Origin: Harriotta raleighana
Lineage: Eukaryota
Assembly (NCBI GenBank): GCA_050575255.1
Contig: JBNZDD010013726.1
Span: forward strand, 9,950,618-10,014,617
Reading direction: 5' to 3'
DNA length: 64,000 bases
Shown: positions 1 through 11,400 of the stretch, one piece after another
How positions within the stretch are numbered: position 1 is the first letter of the stretch
Layout of the letters: each line of letters begins with the position of its first letter
Made by a program: the position numbers and the translations under genes
Notes under the pieces: generated by a model
What the model saw: only the letters and a program-made list of their open reading frames with translations
The model's database searches: none
Told to the model about the DNA's origin: nothing

Positions 1-189
1 TCCCAACAGGGTACTGGTTATGTTGGACAGACCCCCAACAAAAGCAATTGATGCTGAATCAACTGTATTAATTAATTCCTTCAAAATAAAATGGATAAGT
101 ATCTGCTTGGAAACAGTGGGGGCGTTTAAGATGCTGTTTGATACTGCTGGGGAGTTTTTGAGTAGTGGAAATTTAACTAGTATTAACTG

Positions 190-309
190 AATGTTTTGCC
201 CACAAATTCCACAATCAGTTCACTTTACAGTATATTCTTCTGAAGAGCTTTGAGACATCTCAACAACGAGATAATGTGGTGTATCAATGGGAAGGATTAT
301 AATATTATT
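190..309 (+). mobile_element. 3' fragment of the abundant tRNA-derived SINE (L2-type tail)
   Basis: gcccacaaat...cactttacagtatattc...gctttgagacatctc...aaggattataatattatt matches the 3' half of the full copies at 39298-39615 and 52549-52867. Confidence 0.85.
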
Positions 310-646
310 GTACAAAACATTGAATATTACAGAACACAGGGGCAATACATCACAGTGTACTGTATAATGTTTTCTGTGTTGCAAAAGACAGAAACTACCT
401 ACTGGATGGTATCATAATAGCTCATTCTTAAAGCAACAGAACCAATATGATCGACATTACACAGCATTGTAATGAGTCAGTAAGGATTAATTATGGAAAC
501 TGCATACAGTATTATGTATACAGCAAGCAGTAAAAATTATCTTAAAGTTAGACTGCTTCTTAATTAATCTATCCCATTTAGGCATTGTTCCATATGCATA
601 GTTATTTTATACATACTATGCAATCTATTAAATCACAGCAACTTGT

Positions 647-950
647 GATCAATAAGTAGTTTATTGGAAAATTTTGAATTTCCCTGCTAGTTTTTCTTAG
701 TTAACAGTTCTTTGCATCGAATCAATCAGCAAAGTTTTTGAACTCCCTGGCTACTTTCAAAGTCAACCTTCACTTGTAGTCGATAAGGAAAGCGCTCGGA
801 ATTATTTAATTCCCAGTTAGTGGTGTGTGCTTCTAATCAATAAGAAGAGAAGCCTAAGGGTACATTTAGAATTTTTGAGATTGCTCAGTTAGTGGGTACT
901 AATCGATCAGCAATCCACTACATGTTTAGTTTGAGATCCCTGGTTAGTTT
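647..950 (+). repeat. Degenerate tandem array, 5 units of about 57-73 bp
   Basis: An (a)TCRATMAG-like motif at 647, 720, 778, 835 and 901, each followed by a ttt(g)a..tccc(tg/ca)gttag-like motif. Confidence 0.6.
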
Positions 951-1372
951 TCGTCATTGAATTAGTGGCAGCTGGTATGCAGATCAGGATCCCAAAGTCA
1001 GTGTTTCATCTCCTAGTTTGAACTACCAAGCTCTCTTGTATACATACTTCATCCAAACCAATCTTGAGACACATAAAAATGTAATAACATTTACAGTTTT
1101 GAAAGAAAGGGATGGGAGTGGGGGGAAGAATCATTGGCCTCTCCATAGAAGAAACTTGACTTTTTATTCTCCTGGTATTAGTTGATTTTATACAGTGACT
1201 GTGAATGCAGCATTGACTTCATTGTCTGTTGCAATAAGGATGATTAATAGATTATGGAAAATGTTCAATTTTATTGGCTTGCTCACTTTGAGATGCATTT
1301 TTAAATTGTGTGTCTACCTATCAATTAAGCATAACTGAAGTTTGGTTGTGACTAGAATATTGAAAAGCTTAC

Positions 1373-1454
1373 CCATCTTCACACTCTTATGAGAGAGTTT
1401 GGAAAACCTGTGAGAAAGCAGTGGCTGTCCTAGTGTTACCCAGAATACAGAACT
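1373..1454 (-). other. Candidate first exon ending in ATG-G (alternatively a 35-bp exon at 1373-1407)
   Basis: Minus strand GAAGATGG|GTAAGC donor; TATATA at 1484-1479; alternative acceptor ctttctcacag at 1408-1409. Confidence 0.3.
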
Positions 1455-2310
1455 TCCTGGTTCCTGAACTGTATCTGGTATATAGTGTTCCTCTGAGGCC
1501 TTCTGCTTTGATAGCAATCATAATGCGTGAACAAAAAACAATCCTCTGAGAAAGTACCACATTGGGTTTTGCCCCATGGGCTCAAAAATTCTTTTATTTT
1601 TCTATGTTTTGAATATGAACTCAATATAGTATTTATACCAACATCTGGGTCAAATATAGGAAGGCCTTCATATCCTGTAACTGATACGCTTATGACAGCT
1701 AATAGTTTACAACTGAAACTAACAAGGGGAGGGGAGGAAGGATTGCATAATGATTGCAATTAATCCCTCCAATATGTTACTGAAGCACTTTGGTTAGTCT
1801 ATCTGTGATCCCTCTATATTTGTGTTCAAATTTGTGCATTACTACTGCAGTCGCATCTGGAATGTACCTTGAAGAATCGTAATGACCTTAGCACTTAAAA
1901 TTTCACTGTGGTAACATTGTGTATCACAAGATGCGTCATCTATGAAACATGCAAAAGGCTTCCCAATCATATCAAGCAAGATTGTTTGTTGAGGAGATTG
2001 AGAAAATAGTGGAAGGTTGATATAAAAATCCAGCCGATGTATGAATGATCGAGGACATCACAAAAAATATTCTTTAATTTAATTGTTCTCTCAATGGGCT
2101 ATTGACCCGGATGATTCTACAAACCGATGTACAGAACTGTTGAAGGCCAGACCAGTAGGTTTTATTATAGTCCCAACACTATACACCACAGAGACATTTC
2201 TATTTCCAATATGTCATCTTACCCACCCCCACCCCCCCCCAAAAAAAAAAATTCAAATGCTTTATGGAATTTACAAATCTGAACAAAGAAAGAAAACCTT
2301 GAAAGGATAA

Positions 2311-2394
2311 ATATAATAATAAGAAGAAGAATCCGTGCATTTGATGAGGCGTCTCATCAGTTCTTTCAGGCGTCTCAAAGCGCTTCACAGAATA
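2311..2394 (-). mobile_element. SINE 3' tail fragment
   Basis: aatccgtgcatttgat...gtctcaaagcgcttcacagaata is the reverse complement of the family tail. Confidence 0.8.
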
Positions 2395-2909
2395 GATTAC
2401 AAGTCACTTCCCACATGGGGAATAAATGAAGATATAAAGTATCCTCAAACTACAAATATAAACCTATTTTTCCCAAGCTCTCACATGCTCCCTTTGATCC
2501 CACGTCTTCATGCAACTTCTGACAGGGAAAAATGGCATTTGGGTGAATCACATGTCAGCTACTTAGATGAATGAACTGCATATCTTGGCTACTAAACATC
2601 TGTGCTTAATTTGGCACAAGAAGGCGGACAGTACTTAGGTCACATCCAAAATTCATGCTCAGAGTGGTATTTGAATTTCCTCAGGTTCAAGGGATAATTG
2701 CACCATATTTCTCGTTCTGTATCAATCTGTAATGGAACATAAGCGCTATTATTTTAGTTCTGAAAGGTGATATCTGTTACAATACAACTGGTATAAATCA
2801 TATCAAGAATTTCACTCAACTGTTTATATCCTGTGAGAATGAGCATTTAGTTAAACCTGTCACAAAACAAAGGCTGGTGGGAAGAACTCCGACCACTCGC
2901 CCTAGACTG

Positions 2910-3023
2910 AACGACCTGACGGGATTCCATCCGAGCAGCAGCCATTTCATGTTGTCATTTCAGGAATCTTGCGCAAGTGAACAACGTCTTCGGATTAGGT
3001 GCTCGGATTCGTGGTCAGACGTT
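2910..3023. repeat. Imperfect fold-back of about 115 bp (MITE-like)
   Basis: Nested inverted arms ctgac/gtcag, atccgagca/tgctcggat and atgttgtca/tgaacaacgt, with palindrome cttgcgcaag near the centre (2968-2977). Confidence 0.55.
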
Positions 3024-3117
3024 AACAATGGACGTTACATTCCTTACCTATTCTTACACTTCATATTCTGCACCAGGAATCCACTTCCTCGTTTGAAACA
3101 GTGTCGTGTAATTTGTG

Positions 3118-3570
3118 TAATAATAATAATAATAATAAGAAGAAGAATCCTTGCATTTGATAGTGATGTCTCAAAGCGCTTCATAAAGCACTATACTGTA
3201 AAGCGAGTAGACTGTATATCTTGTGGGCAAAACACTGCAGCCAATTGCGTACAGGCATGTCCCACAAACAGTCGTGAATTGAGTAACCAATTTCAATTAA
3301 AAAGAAATAAAGAAATTATTTCTCCTGACGTGATAGCGACCCAAGAATGTCCCCCAAGGTGTCTTTAATGATGTCTTTAATGTATGCCTGAACAGGGAGC
3401 ATGGTCCTTGGTTTAACATTTGATCCAAAATACCCCACCTCCGACACTGCAGTGCTCCCTGGTATTGAACTGGAGTTAACATAGGTCTGAGCACAAATGC
3501 CAATATGGGGCTTGAACACACGGGTGCATGAGAGTCACTAAATGAACGACCCAGAGTAAGACTGCAGAGA
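3118..3570 (-). mobile_element. Deu-domain (SacSINE1/DeuSINE-like) tRNA SINE with the common L2-type tail
   Basis: ccttggtttaacatttgatcc...cacctccgacactgcagtgctccctggtattgaactggag...ggggcttgaacacac resembles the reverse complement of the recalled Deu domain and tRNA head; 3118-3300 is the common SINE tail. Confidence 0.7.
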
Positions 3571-5701
3571 TCCTGTGGGTCAGTGTGACACATTTCCAGT
3601 TACCGACAAAATTTAGTATGTGTAACTCAGCAGTCAATATTAATAGCTCACTGCAAATGATATCCAATTGCTTATTCCAAACAAACATAAATTCATCCAA
3701 GAGCAGTTTGAATCACACCTTGTATTGGAATACAAGATGTAACAAACAGTCAGCGAAACTCCAGGAGTTAAGAGATCAGAATCCAATTAATTGCAAAACA
3801 TCGCATTGCTAACTTTATTTCGAGTTCAAGACAGGAATCTTCATCTAGGAACTCTGGCAAACCTTTACACTATTTAATCTGTCTTTTTACTTTTTGCCTT
3901 GACTGTAAGCTGTGTTTTGCATCACCAACTTTTAACCTTGACTACAGTTATGGCATTTTAATGCTAAATGAAAAACATAAGCATTTAGATGGCCTTGATT
4001 GCACGTTGAAGTCAAATTAGAATCAACGTTTTGCTGCAAACACACAATAACATTATACAGTATAACACTACTGAAATTCTCTGTTGTGAAATACCATGTA
4101 CTATTCTAGATGCTTTTTGCAGAGAAAACTATGTAATCTTTAAAGTATCCCAGGGTATTGAGCTCCGATATCAAACGTGACGATTAGATGATGTAAATAT
4201 AGGCGTTTCTCGCTGCGTATTGTCGAATTCAGTTGCCATTCTTTGACGTTGCACATTCAGGTAGATCGTTGGGTATCTACATGATGTATGGAACATATGT
4301 GAAGTGCACAGGGTTAATTTTAATTCAGACTCGCACTGAAATTCAGCAGAAGGGCCTCCCCCACATATTGCCATGGCATGGCACTGACTTTAGCACTCCA
4401 CAGCTGGGGAATCTCATTAAATTCCTTCTCTGTGCATACATGTTGACTTTAACCTGAGAGAAGGTTGATGAAACCTGTCCTTTGGAAACACATGCCAACA
4501 CTTCCTGAGATCGTATAAAATAGGCTCTCACAAAACAATAATGATACTTATCAGTCACTAGCATTGGAAGTAGCTGTGGAGAAAAAAAACCCTTGATAGT
4601 ATGCGGTTAGAACCCAGGAAAGATAGATCTTTGGCTGCACTGGTAATTCACTCATGGCCAGAGATTGATGACTATATGAAGTCCATAAACGATGTTACCA
4701 CTATATTTTATTTTTATGATTTATTTTATCATGTTGTCAAGGTCTGCTGAAAAGAAGAAACAAATCAATGAATGTCTGACTTAAATATTAAAGAAAGTCA
4801 TAATACACATCTTTATTCAGACACCTTATTCAATCTTGTATTTTGAACCAGAATAACAGCTTTTATTTCACTTACTTCAGATGCTCAGTATCCTAAAATA
4901 TGATAAAGAATAATTGTTTGCATGCGATTCATCATACTTTCTTCATTTAATGGTAAAATCACTGTTAAATGCTGTTGCAGTTGATAAATGATTTTTAAGC
5001 TGGCAAGCATTAAGAATTTTATGCAGAACCCTTGACCTGCTCTTTTTTTTATTCAATAACTCCTCTTTTCCATGCATAATCATGATTTTCAGCATTTTTG
5101 TGATGTATTAATAATACATGAAATGATATTTTGACTTGGGTGTATCACAAAGAGAAATATCTCAAAAAGCATGAAATCATTCCAAATCATCCACTTAAAC
5201 ATTCTTTTCTTTTACGTTTTTTTTAATGATTGATGTTAAGGGTCCAGTATAATTACAATCTGTTGATCAATAAATAGTGAGAATAGGTGAACATTAAGTT
5301 GTGCTTAAGTTATTTCAAAATATTACTGAACTGCAGTATGCAACTGTGATTCTATATTCATGCATTGAATGCACAGTGGATGTTTTCGTTATGCAATGGA
5401 TTTTGAAAAACAAACAATGCCTTTATTCTGTTGCAGTTTCTTGCTGCAGTTTCTCTCATCTTCAAAATAAGGAATTATACCAGCCTTTCATTAGATATTC
5501 AATTTTGGACCTATGTACCTAAGAAAAAGTTATTTGCACACACAATGGGCATGGAAAATATTGGAAAAGGCCAGGGGAAAGGTCACGATAGGAAGTTATT
5601 GTTTGAGTGACCCCTGCTGGTATATGGGTATAAATTATTTACACTGCACATGTTTCATTTTTATTCAGTTCATTCACTGCTTTTCTGTGCTTTAGTTTTA
5701 A

Positions 5702-5858
5702 CATTTTCGCAACCTACCCAGAAGCCGATCGCGGTACCACACGTCGATGTGGGTGAAGATATTGAGTAAGATGGGCGACGTCGGCTGGAAATGACACCAA
5801 CTCAAATTTAGCTCTTTAGTCGTTCAATTTTGAATCGCCGTGGCTTCGTGAGAAAATG
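5702..5858. mobile_element. CpG-rich element with short terminal inverted repeats (probable non-autonomous DNA transposon)
   Basis: cattttcgca...tgagaaaatg ends, inner gaagcc/ggcttc pair, CpG density well above the flanks. Confidence 0.35.
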
Positions 5859-6079
5859 AACGTATAGACTTTGGAGGGTTCCAACATCTGAATTCTACTG
5901 AGATCAACGATTGCTGATTAGGGAAACTGTGGGATGTAACAAGTGGGCTCAGTGTACTTGGAGAGGAATAAATACTGGGGTTTTTAAAAAAAAACTGTTT
6001 TAGTTAAACGTGAAAATGTGCACACCCCATGTCCATTTCTCCCCCTTGCCATTTTTTCCCTCCTTTTTCCCCCACTTCT

Positions 6080-6260
6080 GCGTGTGTTTGTGGGACGCTG
6101 CTGTGCGCAATTTGGCTGCCGCGTTTCGCCCACAAATATACAGTCAATTTTTCCTACTCCTTTCCCTGAGCCCTCCCCCCCTACTTGGCTGTACAGCGCT
6201 TTGGGACGTCCTCCCGACGTGAAAGGCGCTATATAAATAAAATTTTGATTTTGATTTGAT
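6080..6260 (+). mobile_element. SINE body joined to an L2 3' end with an (ATTTG)-like tail
   Basis: gtttgtgggacgctgctgtgcgcaatttggctgccgcgtttcgcccacaaatatacagtcaatt, then cagcgctttgggacgtcctcccgacgtgaaaggcgctatataaat, nearly identical to the L2 end at 8770-8813. Confidence 0.8.
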
Positions 6261-6602
6261 CGGGTAAGGACTGGATTCAACTCGATGGTGATTTCTCTCA
6301 ACACCAAATAACTCCACTGCCACCCAGATATAAAGAATGGACAGTGTCAGGGTATCAGAGAACAATCAGTGCTTGCGGATCTCTGTGCTGAATAGTGAAA
6401 AAGAGAGGAAAATAAGAAAAATAAAAAAATTGAAATAAGAAAAATAAAAAGGAGAGGAAAATAAGATTTTTTTATTTTTAAAACAGACAAGACACACTAT
6501 ATCTCAGCATTTTGACAGGGTCCACAATCACATCTGGCTTCTTGTATATAAAACCAGGCTTGACTCAGATGATGATGACATCCACTTCACAAACAATAGA
6601 GG

Positions 6603-7035
6603 CGTCAGTCTGGCTCAGTTAGTCACATTCTCAATTCTTGAGTCAGGAGGCTGTGAGATCGAGTCTCACATCAGACTTCAGCCTCGTAGTCTAGGTCAGT
6701 GGTGGCCTGCCTTTGGCCCGCAGGCCGTCGATAAGGGGGCTAAACGAACATTTGCAGCAGTGTAGATGAGGCAGTCTTTGACCAGTAGTGTGGCTTTCAT
6801 GTGTTCTACGTTGAATATTTCTTGATTTATGAAAGATTTATGAAAATTATTCTTGGCTGACGCTCCAGTGTGGAGCTGGGTGTGTGCTGCATTGCTAGTG
6901 GTATCACTCTTTGGCTGAGATGTTAAACTGAAGTACATCGCTCATTGCTGTCCATTGTTTCTGTGAAACGCTTTGAGATGTCTCGACAATGTGATCCAGT
7001 GCTATATCAAATAAAAGGTTTATTATTATTATTTA
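6603..7035 (+). mobile_element. Deu-domain SINE interrupted by an insertion of about 155 bp
   Basis: Head gtcagtctggctcagttag...gagtcaggaggctgtgagatcgagtctcac; resumes at ctgacgctccagtg...gagatgttaaac; tail tgtgaaacgctttgagatg...gctatatcaaat(att)n. Confidence 0.7.
6697..6849 (+). mobile_element. hAT (Charlie-like) terminal fragment inserted in the SINE
   Basis: Starts cagtggtggcctgcctttggcccgcaggccg right after gtctaggt (6689-6696), close to the NTCTAGAN Charlie target; no right TIR seen. Confidence 0.4.
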
Positions 7036-7086
7036 ATATCTCTCACTCGGGTGTTATGCAGTCTGCTGCTACTCCCATATTTTCCA

Positions 7087-7417
7087 TAATAATAATACTA
7101 ATCCTTGCATTTGATATCGTGCTTTTCACATCTTATCGACGTCCCAAAANNNNNNNNNNNNNNNNNNNNNNNNNNNNNNNNNNNNNNNNNNNNNNNNNNN
7201 NNNNNNNNNNNNNNNNNNNNNNNNNNNNNNCCCCCCCCCCCCCCCCCCCCTCGTCCCCCCACAAACAGTCATGGATTGAAATGAACAATTTTATTATTGT
7301 GTTTTTTTTGGCGGGATTATTATTAGGCGTGTTGGGTAAAGAAACTTCCCCAAGGTTTCTCCCCGATCTGCCTGGATTCGAACACAAGTCTCACGCTTGT
7401 AAGGCGACAGGAGCTCC
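7087..7417 (-). mobile_element. Abundant tRNA SINE, near full length, spanning the N gap
   Basis: Tail aatccttgcatttgatat; body cacaaacagtcatggattgaaatg; head ggattcgaac (B box) ...acaggagctcc. Confidence 0.85.
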
Positions 7418-7704
7418 ATATACTGTATTATACTGTTTCTTCTCATCATGTTGCCTCTGTTAGTAAATTTACATACCTCTTTATCTGCAATTTGTTGCAT
7501 AATCAGTGGATTATCACATTGAAGATAAATCAGGATTTACATTTTTATCACAAAACAAAATTACTGAGATGAAGAAAACGTATCATGCGGTATTGCTATT
7601 TGTAACAAAGAGAGTTAGACAGCTGTAAAAATAAGTTATTGTCCTGAGGAGGACAAATTGTGAGTCTTGTATGAATTGAACATATTATAGCAAAAGTGCA
7701 TTGA

Positions 7705-7885
7705 TAATCATAACAATTCTTGCATTTGATTGAGCACCTTATCACATCTTTGGAAGGTCTCAAAGCGTTTCACAGGATATACCGTAAAGTGGATTGACTG
7801 TACATTTTGTGGGTGAAACGTGGCAGCCAATTGTGCACAGCAATGTACCACAAACCAGTTGTTGTTTGAAAATAACCAATTCATT
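7705..7885 (-). mobile_element. Abundant SINE, 3' half
   Basis: tcttgcatttgat...gtctcaaagcgtttcacag...ggcagccaattgtgcacagc. Confidence 0.85.
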
Positions 7886-8012
7886 GTTAGTTACATTTTT
7901 TTGAAGGAATTAATACCCCCGCAAAAGCAATCCGCTTTTAACAACCGTTTTCATACTTGCTGCGAGATAAACAGACGTGTGTAGATGCAACCAATCTGCT
8001 GTGGACAAGTAT

Positions 8013-8837
8013 CTTATCTACAGCATCAGCATCCAAGGCTGCACTCTCCACCTCGCAAAGCCAGTCAGGAACCTCGCTGTTCTATTTGACCCTGAGCTGT
8101 CCTTTCTCCCCCACATCCGCGCCATAACTGGCACTGCCTTCCACCACCTCCGGAACATCGCCAGGTTACGACACTGCCTCACCCCTCACGCTGCTGAAAC
8201 ACTAGTCCACGCCTTCATCATCTCAAGGCTGGACTATGGGAACTCTCTCCTCGTGGGCCTTCCCGGCTCCTCCATACACAAGCTGCAGGTCATCCAGAAC
8301 TCTGCAGCTCGTGTACTCTCCCGCACCAGGCTTCGAGACCACATCACTCCCACCCTCGCCCGTCTCCACTGGCTCCCCATCCCCCAGAGGATCGAATTCA
8401 AGATCCTCATCCTCACCTACAAGGCCATTCACGGCCTTGCTCCCTCCTACCTCTCCGACCTACTATCCCCCTATCTACCTGCCCATACCCTCCATTCCTC
8501 TGGCTCTGGGCTGCTCCACATCCCCTGCCCTAACCGTCCTACCATCGGCGGCCGGGCTTTCAGCCGCTCAGCCCCCAGGCTCTGGAACTCCATCCCCCAG
8601 TGCCTTCGCCTCGCTTCCTCCCTTTCCTCTTTCAAGGCCGGTCTCAAGACCTTTCTCTTCGACTGTGCCTTCAGCTCCCCTCTCGAGTCTCTACCCCCTC
8701 CTCGCTCACACCCTCCCCCCACCCTCGCCCTGAACATTTCCCCCTGCTTGGGTCTTAAACCAACTGTCCAGCGCCTTGGGACGTCCTCCTGACGTGAAAC
8801 GCGCTCTATAAATGCAATCTTGTTGTTGTTGTTGTTG
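8013..8837 (+). mobile_element. 5'-truncated L2-clade LINE: ORF2 C-terminus, 3' end and (TTG)n tail
   Basis: ORF 7977-8792 contains VRNLAVLFDPELSF, LVHAFIISRLDYGNSLL, LQVIQNSAARV, HITPTLARLHWLPIPQRIEFKIL, GGRAFSRSAPRLWNSIP and SFKAGLKTFLF, typical of L2 downstream of the RT core; possible TSD aagtat at 8007-8012 and 8838-8843. Confidence 0.95.
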
Positions 8838-9179
8838 AAGTATTGAGTGAAGTCCAAGTGCCTCCCAAAAGTGTGGGGAGGGGGATGGAAAGCTACTGTG
8901 GGTATTATCATAGGGCTGCGATCACTTGCCTCTTAGCACCTGGCTCGGAGGGACAGTTGGGGGGAGGAGGGTACCTGTTCAGCCCTCTTCCGGCTCTGGC
9001 CTGTATTGGCAAAAAGAGGCTTCAAAACACTTCATATATTTTCGGGGAAACCCTGCTTTCTCTGGATTTTTGACCAGTGGAGCTCGTGCTAAAACAATGG
9101 AAATGCGAGTGTTCATGCAAAACTCATGACATCTAGGGAGAGATGGAAGTTCATTACTTTATTTATCACTAAGAACATG

Positions 9180-9490
9180 TGCGACGTATTATAGAATGGT
9201 AGCTTTAACATTAGATTCCCATTCGAAAAGGCCAAGTTCAAATCCTAGCCTCAAATGACAATCAGACTTAGTTGCCTTCTATGGACTTGTTTTGCAAGGT
9301 CTGTCAAGCCACTCAGTGCAGAAAGAGACCTGCTCCACCTCATTTCTGCTAATGGGGAACAGCATGGAGAGAACCCCTGGAGGAGCCTGAGGCTCAGACC
9401 ACCCGACATTCCTGGCTGCAAGAGAACACATGAAGCCGGGAAAGGTGAAAGTTGGGATGCGGAACAGAGAAGATATTGCAGTTAAATAAA
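9180..9490 (+). mobile_element. Unclassified tRNA-derived SINE remnant
   Basis: A-box-like tagaatgg and B box gttcaaatcc (about 9236-9245) at tRNA spacing, a GC-richer body and an AT-rich end. Confidence 0.45.
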
Positions 9491-9622
9491 ATATATATTT
9501 AGAAAAGTCTGCGTTCTATTTCACTTCTGAGAAAGATCTGGATAACTCGATTATGTCAAGCTCCCAGATGAATTCTGTGGTCTTTCTCACTAGTTAAATA
9601 AAAGGCAGATTTTACTGCTTAC

Positions 9623-9690
9623 CTCGATTTATCCTCCTCTTCACATCGAGAGAGCCGCCTAACGACTAGTGGCGTTCTAACCTTCTCCAT
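9623..9690 (-). CDS. Candidate first coding exon MEKVRTPLVVRRLSRCEEEDKS (phase 2), protein not recognised
   Basis: ATG at 9690, open for 68 nt to a consensus donor GAG|GTAAGC; CpG retained; non-repetitive TAAT-rich sequence upstream. Confidence 0.4.
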
Positions 9691-11129
9691 ATAATGTGAG
9701 GCCATTAATTTAAAATTTGATAATGATTAAAATCCTTTTTTTTGGGGGGGGAAAAATAACTTGATTGCCATTTCGCGAAACAATAATTAACTTGATTAAA
9801 GCCATCGCTTCAAATGTTGAGGATGACTCCGTCCTCTCTATGAAATACTGCACAAGCTGTTCTGCCATTAAACGCAAGAGAGCCAAGAGTTACGGCGTTG
9901 CTATTTTGCTGTAATTAGGCAGTGATGTTTTCAATAATTGTTGGAATGTTCTTCAGCTGGAATATGTTTACGACACTCTACCTCCTGGAATGAAAATCTG
10001 ACATGTAGGCGATTTATATGACAGCGCAATACATCAATATTTTCATTGTCAACGTAAACACTTCAGGATTACCGACGTGTGTTGAAGAAAGAAATCAATG
10101 TATAATCTCTCTCTCTCGCTCTCTCTCTCTCCATAATTTTCATAGTGGCGACACCTACTCTTCACATTNAAAATCTGACATGTAGGCGATTTATATGACA
10201 GCGCAATACATCAATATTTTCATTGTCAACGTAAACACTTCAGGATTACCGACGTGTGTTGAAGAAAGAAATCAATGTATAATCTCTCTCTCTCTCTCGC
10301 TCTCTCTCTCTCCTTAATTTTCATAGTGGCGACACCTACTCTTCACATTTCTGCTGCTTTCTACTGACAAAGATTAGGTGAAAATGGATAAGGCGGTATA
10401 ACCATCGCTTATTTTGGAACAAGTTAGAACCATTAACAAAAGTTCTGGCCTGTGCATATTGTTAGAAATCCCAAAAGAACTCTTGTCAATCAAACACTGG
10501 CCAATCCCAAACTTACTTTCAGTCCCCAAAATTACTTGCTATATTTTTTCCCACTGTGACCGTTGCCAGATCTCAAAACGCACAGAAAGGGCTGTTTGCA
10601 CAAAGCCAAGTGTCATACACCCAGCGTTCAAACTTTTATCGTGAATTAAGATCGATGGCAGTTATCTCTTATCGACCCAAACAGAGCAGGATGGGAAGCA
10701 GGGAGGGGGATNAAGATCGATGGCAGTTATCTCTTATCGACCCAAACAGAGCAGGATGGGAAACAGGGAGGGGGATGGGGAAAGAGTGGCTGAGACAAGA
10801 TGTGAGGGAGAGAGAGAAAAAAAAAACACATAGAAACGAACAGAATAAACATACTCATTCACAAAGTGCTGTATATTTATACTCGTCACTAACAGTTCCC
10901 TCCCACACACCTCCTAGGTACGCTCTGCTCCCTACTGCCCTTTACTACTAATTCATGAATACTCCTATGTTCTACTTTACATACTTTAACAGAATCTGAA
11001 CGTGGGCTGTGTTTGCAACAGACCATTATCTATTGAAGTACCTCAAAGTGGCTTCTGCTTTATTTTTCCATCAACCTAAGCCATGAATTCTTCAACATAC
11101 TTCAGACTATATCAGCACTGGAACATCAG

Positions 11130-11400
11130 AGCATTAGAAATGCTCGACAAAAAAGATGATTAAGGTACATCTAGTTCACCTTCCACCTTCCTGGCGGTTT
11201 CACATTTTTGTGCACATTTGTCCCAAACTACCTATGTACTATATGACATCATGTTATTTCCCAATAGAAAGCTATCACATCTGCGTTTGAAAGAATCAAC
11301 ATTTGCTGCTTCAACCCTCTCCCGAGGGAGCCCGTTGCACAGGTTCACTATTCGCTCACTGAAATAGTGTTTGCGTAAATTCGTTCTGAATGTAGCCCCC
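11130..11400 (-). mobile_element. CR1-clade LINE 3' end
   Basis: Minus frame reads FRTNLRKHYFSERIVNLCNGLPRERVEAANVDSFKRRCD, the CR1 ORF2 C-terminal motif. Confidence 0.85.

Noticed and set aside
647-950. CRISPR-like repeat-spacer look
   Set aside because: Repeats are highly degenerate and irregularly spaced, there are no cas genes, and the context is vertebrate
1-1376. LRRTM-like layout (ATG-G exon followed by a large coding exon)
   Set aside because: No long minus-strand ORF follows within the remaining 1.3 kb
8223-8911. Overlapping ORFs on both strands
   Set aside because: Shadow frames of the GC-rich L2 ORF2
9993-10349. Apparent 176-bp tandem duplication around a single n (10169)
   Set aside because: The copies differ only by a microsatellite length and a SNP and meet at one n, the pattern of two alleles joined by the assembler
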